This document shows positions 1-11,300 of a DNA stretch of 64,000 bases, piece by piece. The position numbers and the translations under genes are program-made. The notes below the pieces were generated by a model. It saw only the letters and a program-made list of their open reading frames with translations. It made no database searches and was not told where the DNA came from. Each line of letters starts with the position of its first letter. The first letter of the stretch is position 1. Origin of the DNA: Octopus vulgaris (lineage: Eukaryota); contig OX597830.1 in assembly GCA_951406725.2 (NCBI GenBank), positions 26,226,001 through 26,290,000 on the forward strand, read 5' to 3'.

Positions 1-1250
1 TCGACTTTATCTACCAAGTAAAGAGGGAGGCCGTGGTCTTTTACAACTAGCAATGACAATGAAGGTTGCTACAATTGGCCTAGACACCTACCTGAAAAAC
101 TCTGGATGTTAAAGTACTGGATGTTAAAACTTGTCTCAAAACATGAAAACAAGAAAGCATCATACTCACTAACAAAACAGGCAAAGGAATACCTAAGTGA
201 ATTCCAAGTGCAACAAATTCCGGAATTAGACACACAAGAAACAAGCACAGAAAAAGCTAAGCGCATGAAAACCCGTGCTAAAACAGCTGCCTTAGATATT
301 CTGAATGATAAATGGCAAGAAAAAACTCTCAATGGCAAATATCCAAAGAGAATGAATAATACAGATGTTGACAAAGCCCTGACCCATCAATGGCTAATGG
401 TTTATGGCTTAAAATCTGAAACAGAAGGATTTATTATAGCAGCTCAAGATCAATGCCTACCTACAAGGAACTACCAGGCCAACATTTTAAAGAACTGCAG
501 TAGCCCAACATGTCGTGTATGCCAGCAACAAAATGAAACCACAGATCAAGTTGTCTCCAAGTGCAGTCTTCTTTCGCCTACAGATTATCTCAACAGGCAT
601 GATATAGCTGCACAATATATTCACTGGGTAATTTGCAAAAGCCTGGACATGCCCCATGAAAAAAACTGGTGGGAACACAAACCACCGCCAGTGCTTGAAA
701 ATGACCACATCTCACTCCTCTGGAACTTCACCATTCAAACTGACAGAAAGATAGACGCGAATAGGCCAGACATAATAGTAAAAGACTTCAGACAAAAAAC
801 ATGCATCTTCATTGATATGACTGTCCCAATCGATATAAACGTATCTGTCAAGACCTACCAGAAACTGAGCAAATATAAAGATCTTGAAATAGAAATCAGC
901 AAAATGTGGAACCTGAAGACTAAAACAATACCTGTTGTCATAGGCGCCCTGGGAATGATAGCAAAAGGGGCTGATTGCTACCTAACTCAGATACCAGGAA
1001 ACCCCAGAATGGCAGAAATTCAAAAGATAGTGCTCATGGGAACTGCTCATAGCCTAGGCAAAATACTTTCTTTGTAATGTCAATTTTAAAAAAAACACAT
1101 AATTTTCGTATGGTTTTTTAGGCATTCACTAGTACAACACTAGTACAAAATCCAAATATATGGCATCCTAGGCATAACACCAACATGAACTTCCAACTTG
1201 TTGTCTCTTGAGGTCTTGTGCAAATGTAAAGCAAAATTCAAACATAGAAT
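1..1250 (+). mobile_element. 3' part of an R4/Dong-like non-LTR retrotransposon (family 1, older subfamily), truncated by window edge
   Basis: ORF 106-1077 has a CCHC-type knuckle (CRVC...ETTDQVVSKC), RHD, PD..D..K restriction-like endonuclease motifs (NRPDII...FIDMTVP...QKLSKY); 3' UTR ends in an AAT-rich tail; homologous to 29076-30360. Confidence 0.9.
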
Positions 1251-1426
1251 AAGAATAATAATGATAATGGTTTCAAGTTATAATTTCTTTATTTTCTCCA
1301 AGGACATAAAAGCGGGACATTACTTAGACAAAAATATTTAAAAAATGCTAACATATAATTTTACATCGGGTGAGTTATTATAACAGTATAAAGTTGAGAA
1401 AAACATGACAAATAAAAATTATATTA

Positions 1427-1639
1427 TACGAAAGGATGCTGAGAAGTTCCTGAATTTAAGCGTATCGTGAAAAACCTGATAGGAGGCCCAAACCTCCGAG
1501 TTTTAGAGGTCTTAGAATAACTGAAGGATCACTGCAACAAGTGTGTGAATTTGAGAGCGGAATATGTTGAAGAAAATCATAACTGATCCAGTGGTATTTT
1601 CTTTTGCCAAAAGCAGTAACGTTTTGGCAGCCACTCGTA
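1427..1639. mobile_element. Mariner-type MITE (copy A)
   Basis: Degenerate terminal inverted repeats TACGA..GCTGAGAAGTTCCTG / GCAGTAACGTTTTGGCAGCCACTCGTA with TA ends; near-identical copy at 30768-30980. Confidence 0.6.
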
Positions 1640-2301
1640 AATAATATATAATAACAATTTAGCAATATTATGAAAAGAACATTGTAAATTTAATTGCCCA
1701 AAACGGTTTCAATTGTTCAAATGAAGCAAGCAAATGCCTTTTCCCAGCGGTCATTTATAAACGTTTCTTCAAAGTTGAGTTATGCAGCTATTTCGAACCT
1801 TTTATCCATTGTCATCCATCTGATAATGGAGGGAAAACTGTTCTAGTTCCTTGGTATACTAAAAAGAAAACTTCGAATGACCAGTCCTTGTTTTCTTTGT
1901 ATCGTCTATCTGGATGTTTTGTTGTCCCTTTTATATCACCTAACTGTCCAGGTATTTTGCGTTCTTGTCCCATTTTGTATTTATATATAAATATGTATAT
2001 ATATATATATATATCTTTACAAAAATCACGCACGCGTACACACATCTTCTCACTCCTTCACACACACTGTATATGTATATATGTATATGTATATATGGGC
2101 ATACATATATATATATATACATACACACATGCCTACAGATATTACACACGCACACAAACACATGATCTCTCTCATACACAAATACATACATAGACACCTC
2201 ACAAACCCGTATATAAATTTTCTCCCTGCCCCCCTCTCTCTCTCTCACTTTCGTATATTAATATATGCTCTTCAAAGACTACGACAGTTTCTTAAAAGTA
2301 T

Positions 2302-4221
2302 TTAATCTGCCCCTTTAGAAAAAAAATGTCCATGTAAATTTACGCTTCGACATTTAGGCAAGGAGTATTTCCAAGTCGGTATGTCTGTAAATGATTCGTT
2401 TACTACCAGAGCCATTCCTTCAAAGGTATGAAATGCCATGTGGCAATGCATAAACCATAAGCCAGGATTATTGGCTTTCAGTCTGACAACAACGTAACCA
2501 CCTGAGGGTAATGTTACAGTATCCTTTAAGGGAGGGTTTACTAAATTCAATCCGGGTATATTGTCTCCTTTCCATGTCTTATTTCGCCAGACTGGATTAT
2601 TACAATATTCATACCCCGTGTTACCGTAACACATGATATCCTTATTAATTGAAATTAATTTTCCTGTTGTTTTGTTATAGGTAGGAAAACCCATTTTCAC
2701 CACATGAAAAGAATGGCCGTGTAAATGTATAGGGTGAGAAACTCCATAAATTCTGTGCATATTTGTTAAAACTAGTTGAACATTATTACCATTTGATAAC
2801 GTTATTGAATGCGTGCATGAGCAAGTTTTTCCAGGACCACATTCAGTTTCTTTGCACAATGTTTTTACTTCATTTGGTTGGAGCAATGGGTTGACATGAG
2901 GATAAAGAAAACTTCGTCCATTCACGGAAGCTGTACCATTAGGAAAAGCGAAATTAAGAAAATATTCTTCCCAATGGTGCTCTTCATACTTTGGTACATT
3001 TTGAACTTTAGGCGAACGGAGACCAGAAATGGAATGGCATCTTTTATTATATTTTACTGGAAAATACATAAATGGACAGTTGAGGACATCACAGACTGTA
3101 CGACTACAGTTTTTGCTTCTGCTGGTCGGATCTGTATCTGAGGCTCCTTCGTATGATAATATGGCTTCGAATGTTTGATTTAGATTCTCTGTTAACGTTT
3201 TACCTCGAATCCAATAATTTTTTATGTTTTTGTTAGTTGTTATGAAGAAATCATATCGTTCTCCTGGCTGTATGATGACAGAATCGTAAAAAGATCCTTT
3301 CAAATCTGCTCCATCAGACGCTACAATCTGAAGAGGATGGGAATCAATTGAAAATTCAAAAGGCAATTCACTGGCCGCGGAAATAACTCGGAATCGATAC
3401 ATTCGATCTTGTTGAACGTTAAATCTTGATAACGGTGCCCCATTGTGATGTCCTCGTTTGTCATAATATCGTCCTCTGCCGTTTACTAATCCAGATGTAT
3501 ACAGAAAGCCCCCTAAATACGTTCCATCATATGTTCTTAAGTCGGGCGTTATTTTCCCATGTAATGCATTGAAATAGTTTGTTTTCATCCATGCTTTATT
3601 CGCATTCCAAAAGTGATTGTATTCACTAATTATTAAAACCTTCTCCTGAATAATAGGAGGTTTATCCCGTACAATAAGCGCTCCATAAAGTCCCATTATC
3701 CTTTGTAATCCGATATGAGAATGGTAGAAATATGTACCTGTCTTAGTGGCATTGAATATGTAAATGAACGACTCACTTGGTTGTATTGGACACTGGGTAA
3801 CAAAGCTAACACCATCCATAAATGGAGATCCTACTTGGTCAATTCCATGCCAATGTAAGCTGGTAGCAGTGGACCACAATTCATTTGTGACTTTTATGAT
3901 GACAGTCTGGTTGATGAAAACTTCAATGGTAGGGCCTGGGATAGTTTCATTTACAGTGATTGCTAACCATTGGTCATCATAACCATCCATGGTTAATACA
4001 TCATCAGCATCGATGTAATGTTTGCCTTTGTGGAAATAATACAGTTTGCCGTCGATAATTTCGACTGAATGGCCATGATAGGTCATCGGTAGTTTGTGAG
4101 TAACGGTTAAACTAAACTCACATACTGTGTCTTCGTAGCGGCAGGAATTACGTCTTGCTAAGGTAACATAACTCGGGTTAACAAGCATCAGTACCAGTAC
4201 CAACAGGAAAAATGCAGACAT
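2302..4221 (-). CDS. Secreted laccase-like multicopper oxidase, paralog A (639 aa, single coding exon)
   Basis: N-terminal hydrophobic signal peptide; all four copper motifs present: HWHG, YHSH, HPIHLHGH, HCHMAFH...GM (axial Met); Cys-rich insertions typical of animal laccases; uninterrupted ORF. Confidence 0.96.
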   Translation of the reverse strand: MSAFFLLVLVLMLVNPSYVTLARRNSCRYEDTVCEFSLTVTHKLPMTYHGHSVEIIDGKLYYFHKGKHYIDADDVLTMDGYDDQWLAITVNETIPGPTIEVFINQTVIIKVTNELWSTATSLHWHGIDQVGSPFMDGVSFVTQCPIQPSESFIYIFNATKTGTYFYHSHIGLQRIMGLYGALIVRDKPPIIQEKVLIISEYNHFWNANKAWMKTNYFNALHGKITPDLRTYDGTYLGGFLYTSGLVNGRGRYYDKRGHHNGAPLSRFNVQQDRMYRFRVISAASELPFEFSIDSHPLQIVASDGADLKGSFYDSVIIQPGERYDFFITTNKNIKNYWIRGKTLTENLNQTFEAILSYEGASDTDPTSRSKNCSRTVCDVLNCPFMYFPVKYNKRCHSISGLRSPKVQNVPKYEEHHWEEYFLNFAFPNGTASVNGRSFLYPHVNPLLQPNEVKTLCKETECGPGKTCSCTHSITLSNGNNVQLVLTNMHRIYGVSHPIHLHGHSFHVVKMGFPTYNKTTGKLISINKDIMCYGNTGYEYCNNPVWRNKTWKGDNIPGLNLVNPPLKDTVTLPSGGYVVVRLKANNPGLWFMHCHMAFHTFEGMALVVNESFTDIPTWKYSLPKCRSVNLHGHFFSKGAD

Positions 4222-4236
4222 CTTTAAAGTTCGAAG

Positions 4237-4265
4237 CTAGAAACTGGAAGAGAAAGAAGAAATCG
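4237..4265 (-). promoter_or_regulatory. Candidate 3' splice acceptor 22 nt upstream of laccase A ATG
   Basis: Minus strand reads TTTCTTCTTTCTCTTCCAG|TTTCTAG|CTTCGAACTTTAAAGATG: polypyrimidine tract plus AG (4245-4244), alternative AG at 4238-4237; identical in copy B. Confidence 0.65.
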
Positions 4266-4366
4266 ACATCAACAACAACAAAACAACAACAACAGCAATA
4301 AAACGACTAAATACTAACAACAAAAGTCTTAACTTTATACTCTTCCTTCTCTTACGATGATCATCA

Positions 4367-4580
4367 GGCTGTGAGAGGACGAAATTGATAACGCGCCGGA
4401 AAAGGGAAAAAAAAACGCTTATCGACATTTCGCACGTCTTCACGTTCTGAGTTCAATTTCTGTCGAGGTCGACTTTGCTTTTCATCCCTTTCGGGGTCAA
4501 TGAGATGAATACTAAGATTGATGTAATTTTCTAGTCCCCATCCCACAAAATTTCGACTTTGTACCAAAGGTAGACGAAAT
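4367..4580 (+). mobile_element. Degenerate tRNA-derived SINE
   Basis: Carries family core GTTCTGAGTTCAA..GAGGTCGACTTTGCTTTTCATCC seen in many copies in the window; paralog at ~40187-40400. Confidence 0.75.
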
Positions 4581-5097
4581 TATTCTGCTGTTATATTGTA
4601 TTCGTACTCTAGGTGCTTCAATTAGGCTTCCTATTAAAGCCCTTCCATGCTGTTCACGACTATCCTTACTTCCGTGTCGAGAACCCTCTATATAATTCTA
4701 AGTGATCTCAACACACTAGTTTCTTGCACTACAGCCACTCCCTTATTGAGATCTATTTTCTCATAGTTTACTTTCAGTTTCTTCGTCACTATTTTCACAA
4801 CTGATACTTATCTTTTGACTTTATCGTTTAACCCTGAAAACTTCTGTAATCCAGTATTTGAGAATTTGGTAGTCCAAGTGTGTATTACTATTCTACTTAT
4901 ACAATTTCCTTTATTTAATATTAAGTGAACATGCCACGTCAAATACGAGACACCGTCTTCACCTTCTTATCAATGACTACAATATCCTGCTTCTTGTTCC
5001 CGACTTACTTTTCAAATTTTCAGGCTAAGTCCCATAACTGGATTACTTCATTGTTTTCTAAGAACTTTCATATATGTACCAACAAAAAGGTTTTAAC

Positions 5098-5206
5098 CTC
5101 CTCCTCCTCATTCTTCTTCTTCTTCTTCTTCTTCTTCTTCTTCTTCTTCTTCTTCTTCTTCTTCTTCTTCTTCTTCTTCTTCTTCTTCTTCTTCTTCTTC
5201 TTCATC

Positions 5207-5240
<34 letters not shown>

Positions 5241-5247
5241 TACTATT
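5098..5247. repeat. (TTC)n(TTA)n microsatellite
   Basis: Directly visible. Confidence 0.95.
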
Positions 5248-6100
5248 CAGTAGTTTTATTTTTATAGCGTGCTTTCACTTCACTACCGAGCACAGCTCTG
5301 TGTGCCTTGGGTATGTGCTGTGATTTGTTGTGATGCTCTGATGGTTCTGTATGGAAAGTGTTCTGCGTAGGATGTGTGCAGTGCCTAGTAGTGCAATTTT
5401 CTGTATGTTATATGTGTTTGTAAGTCCTGGTGTCTTTGTTATGTATTTGTCTGAATTTTTTTTATCATGCCTAATGCACCTACTATGATAGGAATTGTTT
5501 CTGTTTTCAGGTTCCACATTCTAGTTACCTCTATTTCCAGGTCTTTGTATTGTGAGAGTTTCTCCATTTCTTTTAGAGACACGTTGTCATCTGCCGGTAT
5601 TGATACATCAATTAGAAAGCATTTTTTTCTTCATGATCTCTGACAACTATATCTGGTCTGTTGGCCTTAATTTCTCTATCTGTGTGTATCGGCATATCCC
5701 AGAGTATGGTTGCTTTCTCGTTTTCTGTGACCTTTTCTGGTGTGTGCCTATACCATCTTTTTTCTGTTGTTATTCCATAATGTTGGCATAGCTTCCAATG
5801 TATGTAGGTTCCAACTCTGTCATGTCTGTGAATATATTCCTTCTTAGCCAAGACTGGGCAGCTAGAGATAATATGATTTATTGTTTCTTGTCCATCTCCA
5901 CATATTCTGCAGTTACTTGTAATATTTCTTTTAATTACATGTTTTTGGTAATTTCTGGTGGGGAGGCTTTGGTCTTGTGCTGCAATTAAAAATCCCTCTG
6001 TTTCTGCTTTGAGTCCTGAGATTCTCAACCATTGCTGGGATTTTTCTTTGTCTATTTCTTTTGCCTTTAGTTTAGTTTAGTTTAGTCTATTTCTTTTGCG

Positions 6101-6102
<2 letters not shown>
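5248..6102 (-). mobile_element. 5'-truncated R4/Dong-like retrotransposon, family 3 (frameshifted)
   Basis: Minus-strand ORFs 5612-6028 and 5275-5517 give AAQDQSLPTRNY, CRIC..ETINHIISSC, RHD, NRPDIV, ALLGTAHILRRTLS; flanked by (TTA)n; site is empty in copy B (40940-41087). Confidence 0.88.

Positions 6103-6195
<93 letters not shown>
6102..6195. repeat. (TTA)n microsatellite
   Basis: Directly visible. Confidence 0.95.
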
Positions 6196-6197
<2 letters not shown>

Positions 6198-6574
6198 TCT
6201 GGGTCTATAGAATAAATTACCAGTCAAATATTGGGGTCAGTATTATTAACAAAACCTTCCCCTAAAAACTGAAGTCCTTATGCTTAAACCAGATGTCGAC
6301 CGAGTCTGTAGTGATGATCGCACTGCTGCCCTCCTTCAATCGGGCAGGCAAGGCAGTTTTTCTTTGCCTGGTGGGTGTGGCGAAAGAGCTTGTTTGGTGG
6401 ACAAAGCTGAAATGCATGAGGACAGATGATACATTCCTCTCATTGACTTCTTCAGGTTCACTTGAAAAGGAAATTGAGAGTGGAGATGCAAGTACTGTTC
6501 TCAAGTGAGTTTACTGAAAGGTGGTTGAAAGTTGCAAAAATGGCAAGGGTGTATGGTACATTTCTAAGGGCAGA

Positions 6575-6712
6575 CCTGTGAATCCACTGAGATCGACCTT
6601 ACCGTTTATCCTTTCGGGGTCGATAAATTAGGTAGCAGATGTGTACTGGAGTCGATCTAATCGACTGGCCCCCAGCCCCAAAATTTAGGGCCTTATTCCT
6701 TAAGCAGAAAAG

Positions 6713-6791
<79 letters not shown>

Positions 6792-7570
6792 GGGTGGCGA
6801 GCTGGCATCATTTCTTTAAAAATATTCAAATGCAAATGGATCTTTTATAATAGCTTCTGATTTAGGCACAAGGTCAGCAATTTTGAGAGGTGGGGCAGCA
6901 GTCGATATTATCGACTCTTGTACTTTAGTTATTTTGTCGCCTACGGAGAGATGAAAAGCAAAGTTAACTTCGTCAGAAGTGACGGTACAGAAAAATTGCA
7001 CATAAAATGTTCGATGCCCCAACCATTCTGCCTGCTCACAGCTTTGGCGCTATAAATAGTTTCTGATTTAGGCAGAAGGCTAACAGATTTGAGTGGAGTA
7101 GATTAGTCAATACCATCGCGTCCAATACTTGATTGCTGCATTCTTAGCAATGAATTAAAATATATTGACTCTGGTAAAATATGATTGTATTGAAATAAAT
7201 ATTGGCTCCAAATTCTGGCACAAGACCAGTGATTTCATGGGTGGAGTGAGGCTAAGTCGATTACACTTACCCTCGTGTTCAACTGGTACTTCTTTTATCG
7301 AGCCTGGGAAGATAAAAAGAAAAGACAACCTCGCGGAATTTGAACTCAGAACATAAAGACCGAAATGCCGCTATTTTTTCCCGGTGTGCTAACGATTCCA
7401 CCAGCTTGTCACCTTTGCATTGAAATAGATACTGGTTTCAAATATTGGCACAAGGCCAGCAAATTTGAGGAGAGAGTAAGTCAATTAAATCGACCCCGAA
7501 TGTCAGCCTCGGCGGAATTTGATCCCAGTACGTAGAGACAGACGAAATACTGCTAAGCAGTTTTGCCCAG
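6575..7570. mobile_element. Cluster of degenerate SINE fragments in both orientations, with a (TTA)n tract at 6712-6790
   Basis: Recurrent SINE motifs (CCTTTCGGGGTCGATAAATTA, GGTGGCGAGCTGGCA, GGCACAAGGCCAGCAA, GCGGAATTTGAACTCAGAAC). Confidence 0.7.
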
Positions 7571-7835
7571 TTCAATGAAGTTAAAACCTGGTCTGGTTCT
7601 CATGTCTTTTATTATTGTATTTAATAAAAAGTTTTTGTCAAGAACTCAACTGTCAGTTAATTGCATTTTGAAATATGATGATTACTATGAACGTATGAAA
7701 GCGCTAATTGAACTTTATGAACATTACAAAATATTGTTTTAATGTTTAACACACTTCAACGTAGTAAAACATTTTTTTCAAATACAATCGTAAAAAAAGG
7801 GAGAACCAGACAATGTTTTAACTTTGTTCAACAGA

Positions 7836-7973
<138 letters not shown>

Positions 7974-8029
7974 TGTCTGTATGTCTCTCTATCTCTCTCT
8001 CTCTCTATATATATATTTTTTTTTTCCTG

Positions 8030-8338
<309 letters not shown>

Positions 8339-8360
8339 CATATATATATATATATATACA

Positions 8361-11300
8361 TTTGACAAAGTAGTAAAGTAGTGTCTCATTTGTGTCTTAA
8401 GTTCTCCTAGATAGAGCGGCCGAAATATCTCTCAAAACCTACGTTCGGGTTTTATAGGGGAAAACCTTTTTAACAAAGTAGTAAAGTAGTGCCTCATTTG
8501 TGTCATAGGTTCTCCTAGATGTAGCGGCCGAAATATCTCTCAAATCCTAGCTTCGGGTTTTATAGAGGAACACATATCTAACAAAGTAGTGCCTCATTTG
8601 TTGTATCTTAAGTTCTCCTAGATGTAGCGGCCGAAATATCTCTAGAATCCTCGCTTCGGGTTTTATAGGGGAAAACCTTTTTGACAATGTAGTAAAGTAT
8701 TGCTTCATTGTGTCTTATGTTCTCCTAGATGTAGCGGCCGAAATATCTCTAGAATCCTACCTTCGGGTTTTATAGGGGAACGCATATTTGACAAAGTAGT
8801 GCCTCATTTGTGTGTTATGTTCTCTTAGATGTAGCGGCCAAAATATCTCTCAAATCCTACCTTCGGTTTTATAGGGGAAAACAAATTTGACAAAGTAGTA
8901 AAGTAGTGCCACATGTGTGTCTTATGTTCTCCTAGAGGTAGCGACCGAAATATCTATCAAAACCTACCTTCGGGTTTTATAGGGGAAAACGTATTTGACA
9001 AAGCAGTAAAGTAGTGCCTCATTTGCGTCTTATGTTCTCTTAGATGTAGCGACCGAAATATCTCTCAAAAACTACCTTTGGGTTTTATAGGGGAAAACAT
9101 ATTTGACAAAGTAGTAAAGTAGTGCCTCATTTGTATCTTATGTTCTTCTAGATATAGCGGCCGAAATATCTCTCAAAACCTACCTTCGGGTTTTATAAGG
9201 GAAAACCTATTTGACAGAGTAGTAAAGTATTGCTTCATTTGTGTTTTATGTTCTCCCAGATGTAGCGCCGAAATATCTCTCAAATGCTAATTTCGGCTTT
9301 TATAGGGGAATTTCTATATGACAAAGTAGTAAAGTAGTGCCTCATTTGTGTCATATGTTCTCCTAGATGTAGCGGCTGAAATATCTCTCAAATCCTAACT
9401 TCGGGTTTTATAGGGGAAAACCTCTTTGACAAGGTAGTAAAGTAGTGGATCATTTGTTTCTTATGTTCTCCTAGATATAGCGGCCGAAATATCTCTCAAA
9501 TCCTACCTTCCGGTTTTATAGGGGATAACCTATTTGACAAAGTAGTAAAGTAGTGCCTCATTTGTGCCTTATGTTCTCCTAGATGTAGCGGCAGAAATAT
9601 CTCTCAAGTCTTACCTTCGGGTTTTATTGGGGAAAACATATTTGACACAGTAGTAAAGTAGTGCCTCATTTGTTTCTTACGTTCTCCTAGATGTAGCGGC
9701 CAAAATATCTCTCAAATCTTACCTTCGGGTTGTATAGGGGAAAACCTATTTGACAAAGTAGTAACGTAGTGCATCATTTGTGTATTATGTTCTCCCTGAT
9801 GTAGCACCCGAAATATCTCTGAAAATCTACCTTCGGGTTTTATAGAGAAAAACATATTTGACAAAGTAGTAAAATAGTGCCTCATTTGTCTCTTATGTTC
9901 TCCTAGATGTAGCAGTCGAAATATCTCTCAAAACTACCTTCGGGTTTCATAGGGGAAAACCTATTTGATAAAGTAGTAAAGTAGTGCCTCATTTGTGTCA
10001 TAGGTTCTCCTAGATGTAGCGGCCGAAATATCTCTCAAATCCGAGCTTCGGGTTTTATAGAGGAACACATATCTGACAAAGTAGTGCCTCATTTGTTGTG
10101 TCTTAAGTTCCCCTAGATGTAGCGGCCGAAATATCTCTAGAATCCTAGCTTCGGGTTTTATAGGGGAAAACCTATTTGACAAAGTAGTCAAGTAGTGCCT
10201 CATTTGTATCTTATGTTCTCCTAGATGTACCGGCAGAAATATCTCTCAAATCCTACCTTCGGTTTTATAGTGGTAAACCTATATGACAAAGTAGTAAAGT
10301 AGTGCCACATTTGTGTCTTATGTTCTCTTAGATGTAGCGGCCGAAATATATCTCAAATCCTTCCTTCGGGTTTTATAGTGGTAAACCTATATGACAAAGT
10401 ATTAAAGTAGTGCCTCATTTGTGTCTTATGTTCTCCTAGATGTAGCGGCCGAAATATCTCCAAATACTACCTTCGGCCTGTCTAGGGGAAGACCTATTTG
10501 ACAAAGTAGTAAAGTAGTGCCTCATATGTGTCTTATGTTCTCGTTGATGTAGCGGCTGAAATCTCTCTCAAATCCTACATTCGGGTTTTATAAGGGAAAC
10601 CTATTTGACAAAGTAGTAAAGTAGTGCCTCAATCGTGTCTTATGTAGATGTAGGGGAAAACCTATTTGACAAAGTAGTAAAGTATTGCCTCAGTTGTGTT
10701 TTATGTTCTCCCAGATGTAGCGGCCGAAATATCTCTCAAATGCTAATTTCGGCTTTTATAGGGGAAAACCTATATGACAAAGTAGTAAAGTAGTGCCTCA
10801 TTAGTGTCTTCTTTTCTCCTACATGTAGCCGCTGAAATATCTCTCAAACCCTACTTTCGGCTTTTATAGGGGAAAACCTATTTGACAAAGTAGTAAAGCA
10901 GTGCCTCATTTGTGTCTTATATTCTCCTAGATGTAGCGGCCGAAATATCTCTCAAATCCTACCTTTGGGTTTTATAGGGGAAAACCTATTTGACAAAGTA
11001 GTAAAGTAGTGCCTCTTTTGTGTCTTATATTCTCCTAGATGTAGCGGCCGAAATATCTCTCAAATCCTACCTTTGAGTTTTATAGGGGAAAACCTATTTG
11101 ACAAAGTAGTAAAGTAGTGCCTCTTTTGTGTCTTATATTCTCCTAGATGTAGCGGCTGAAATATCTCTCAAATCCTACCTTTGGGTTTTATAGGGGAAAA
11201 CCTATTTGACAAAGTAGTAAAGTAGTGCCTCTTTTGTGTCTTATATTCTCCTAGATGTAGCGGCCGAAATATCTCTCAAATCCTACCTTTGAGTTTTATA

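Noticed and set aside
2878-3982. Plus-strand ORFs overlapping the laccases (also 38678-39782)
   Set aside because: Antisense shadows, repeated only because the gene is duplicated.
2302-4221. Bacterial or fungal contamination / recent horizontal transfer of the laccase
   Set aside because: Embedded in host SINEs and microsatellites, has a splice acceptor, AT-rich codons and animal-type Cys-rich segments.
10925-10955. Hammerhead in the satellite monomer (CTAGATGTAG-CGGC-CGAAATATC)
   Set aside because: Needs two insertions in the CUGAUGA core and no stem I pairing is available.
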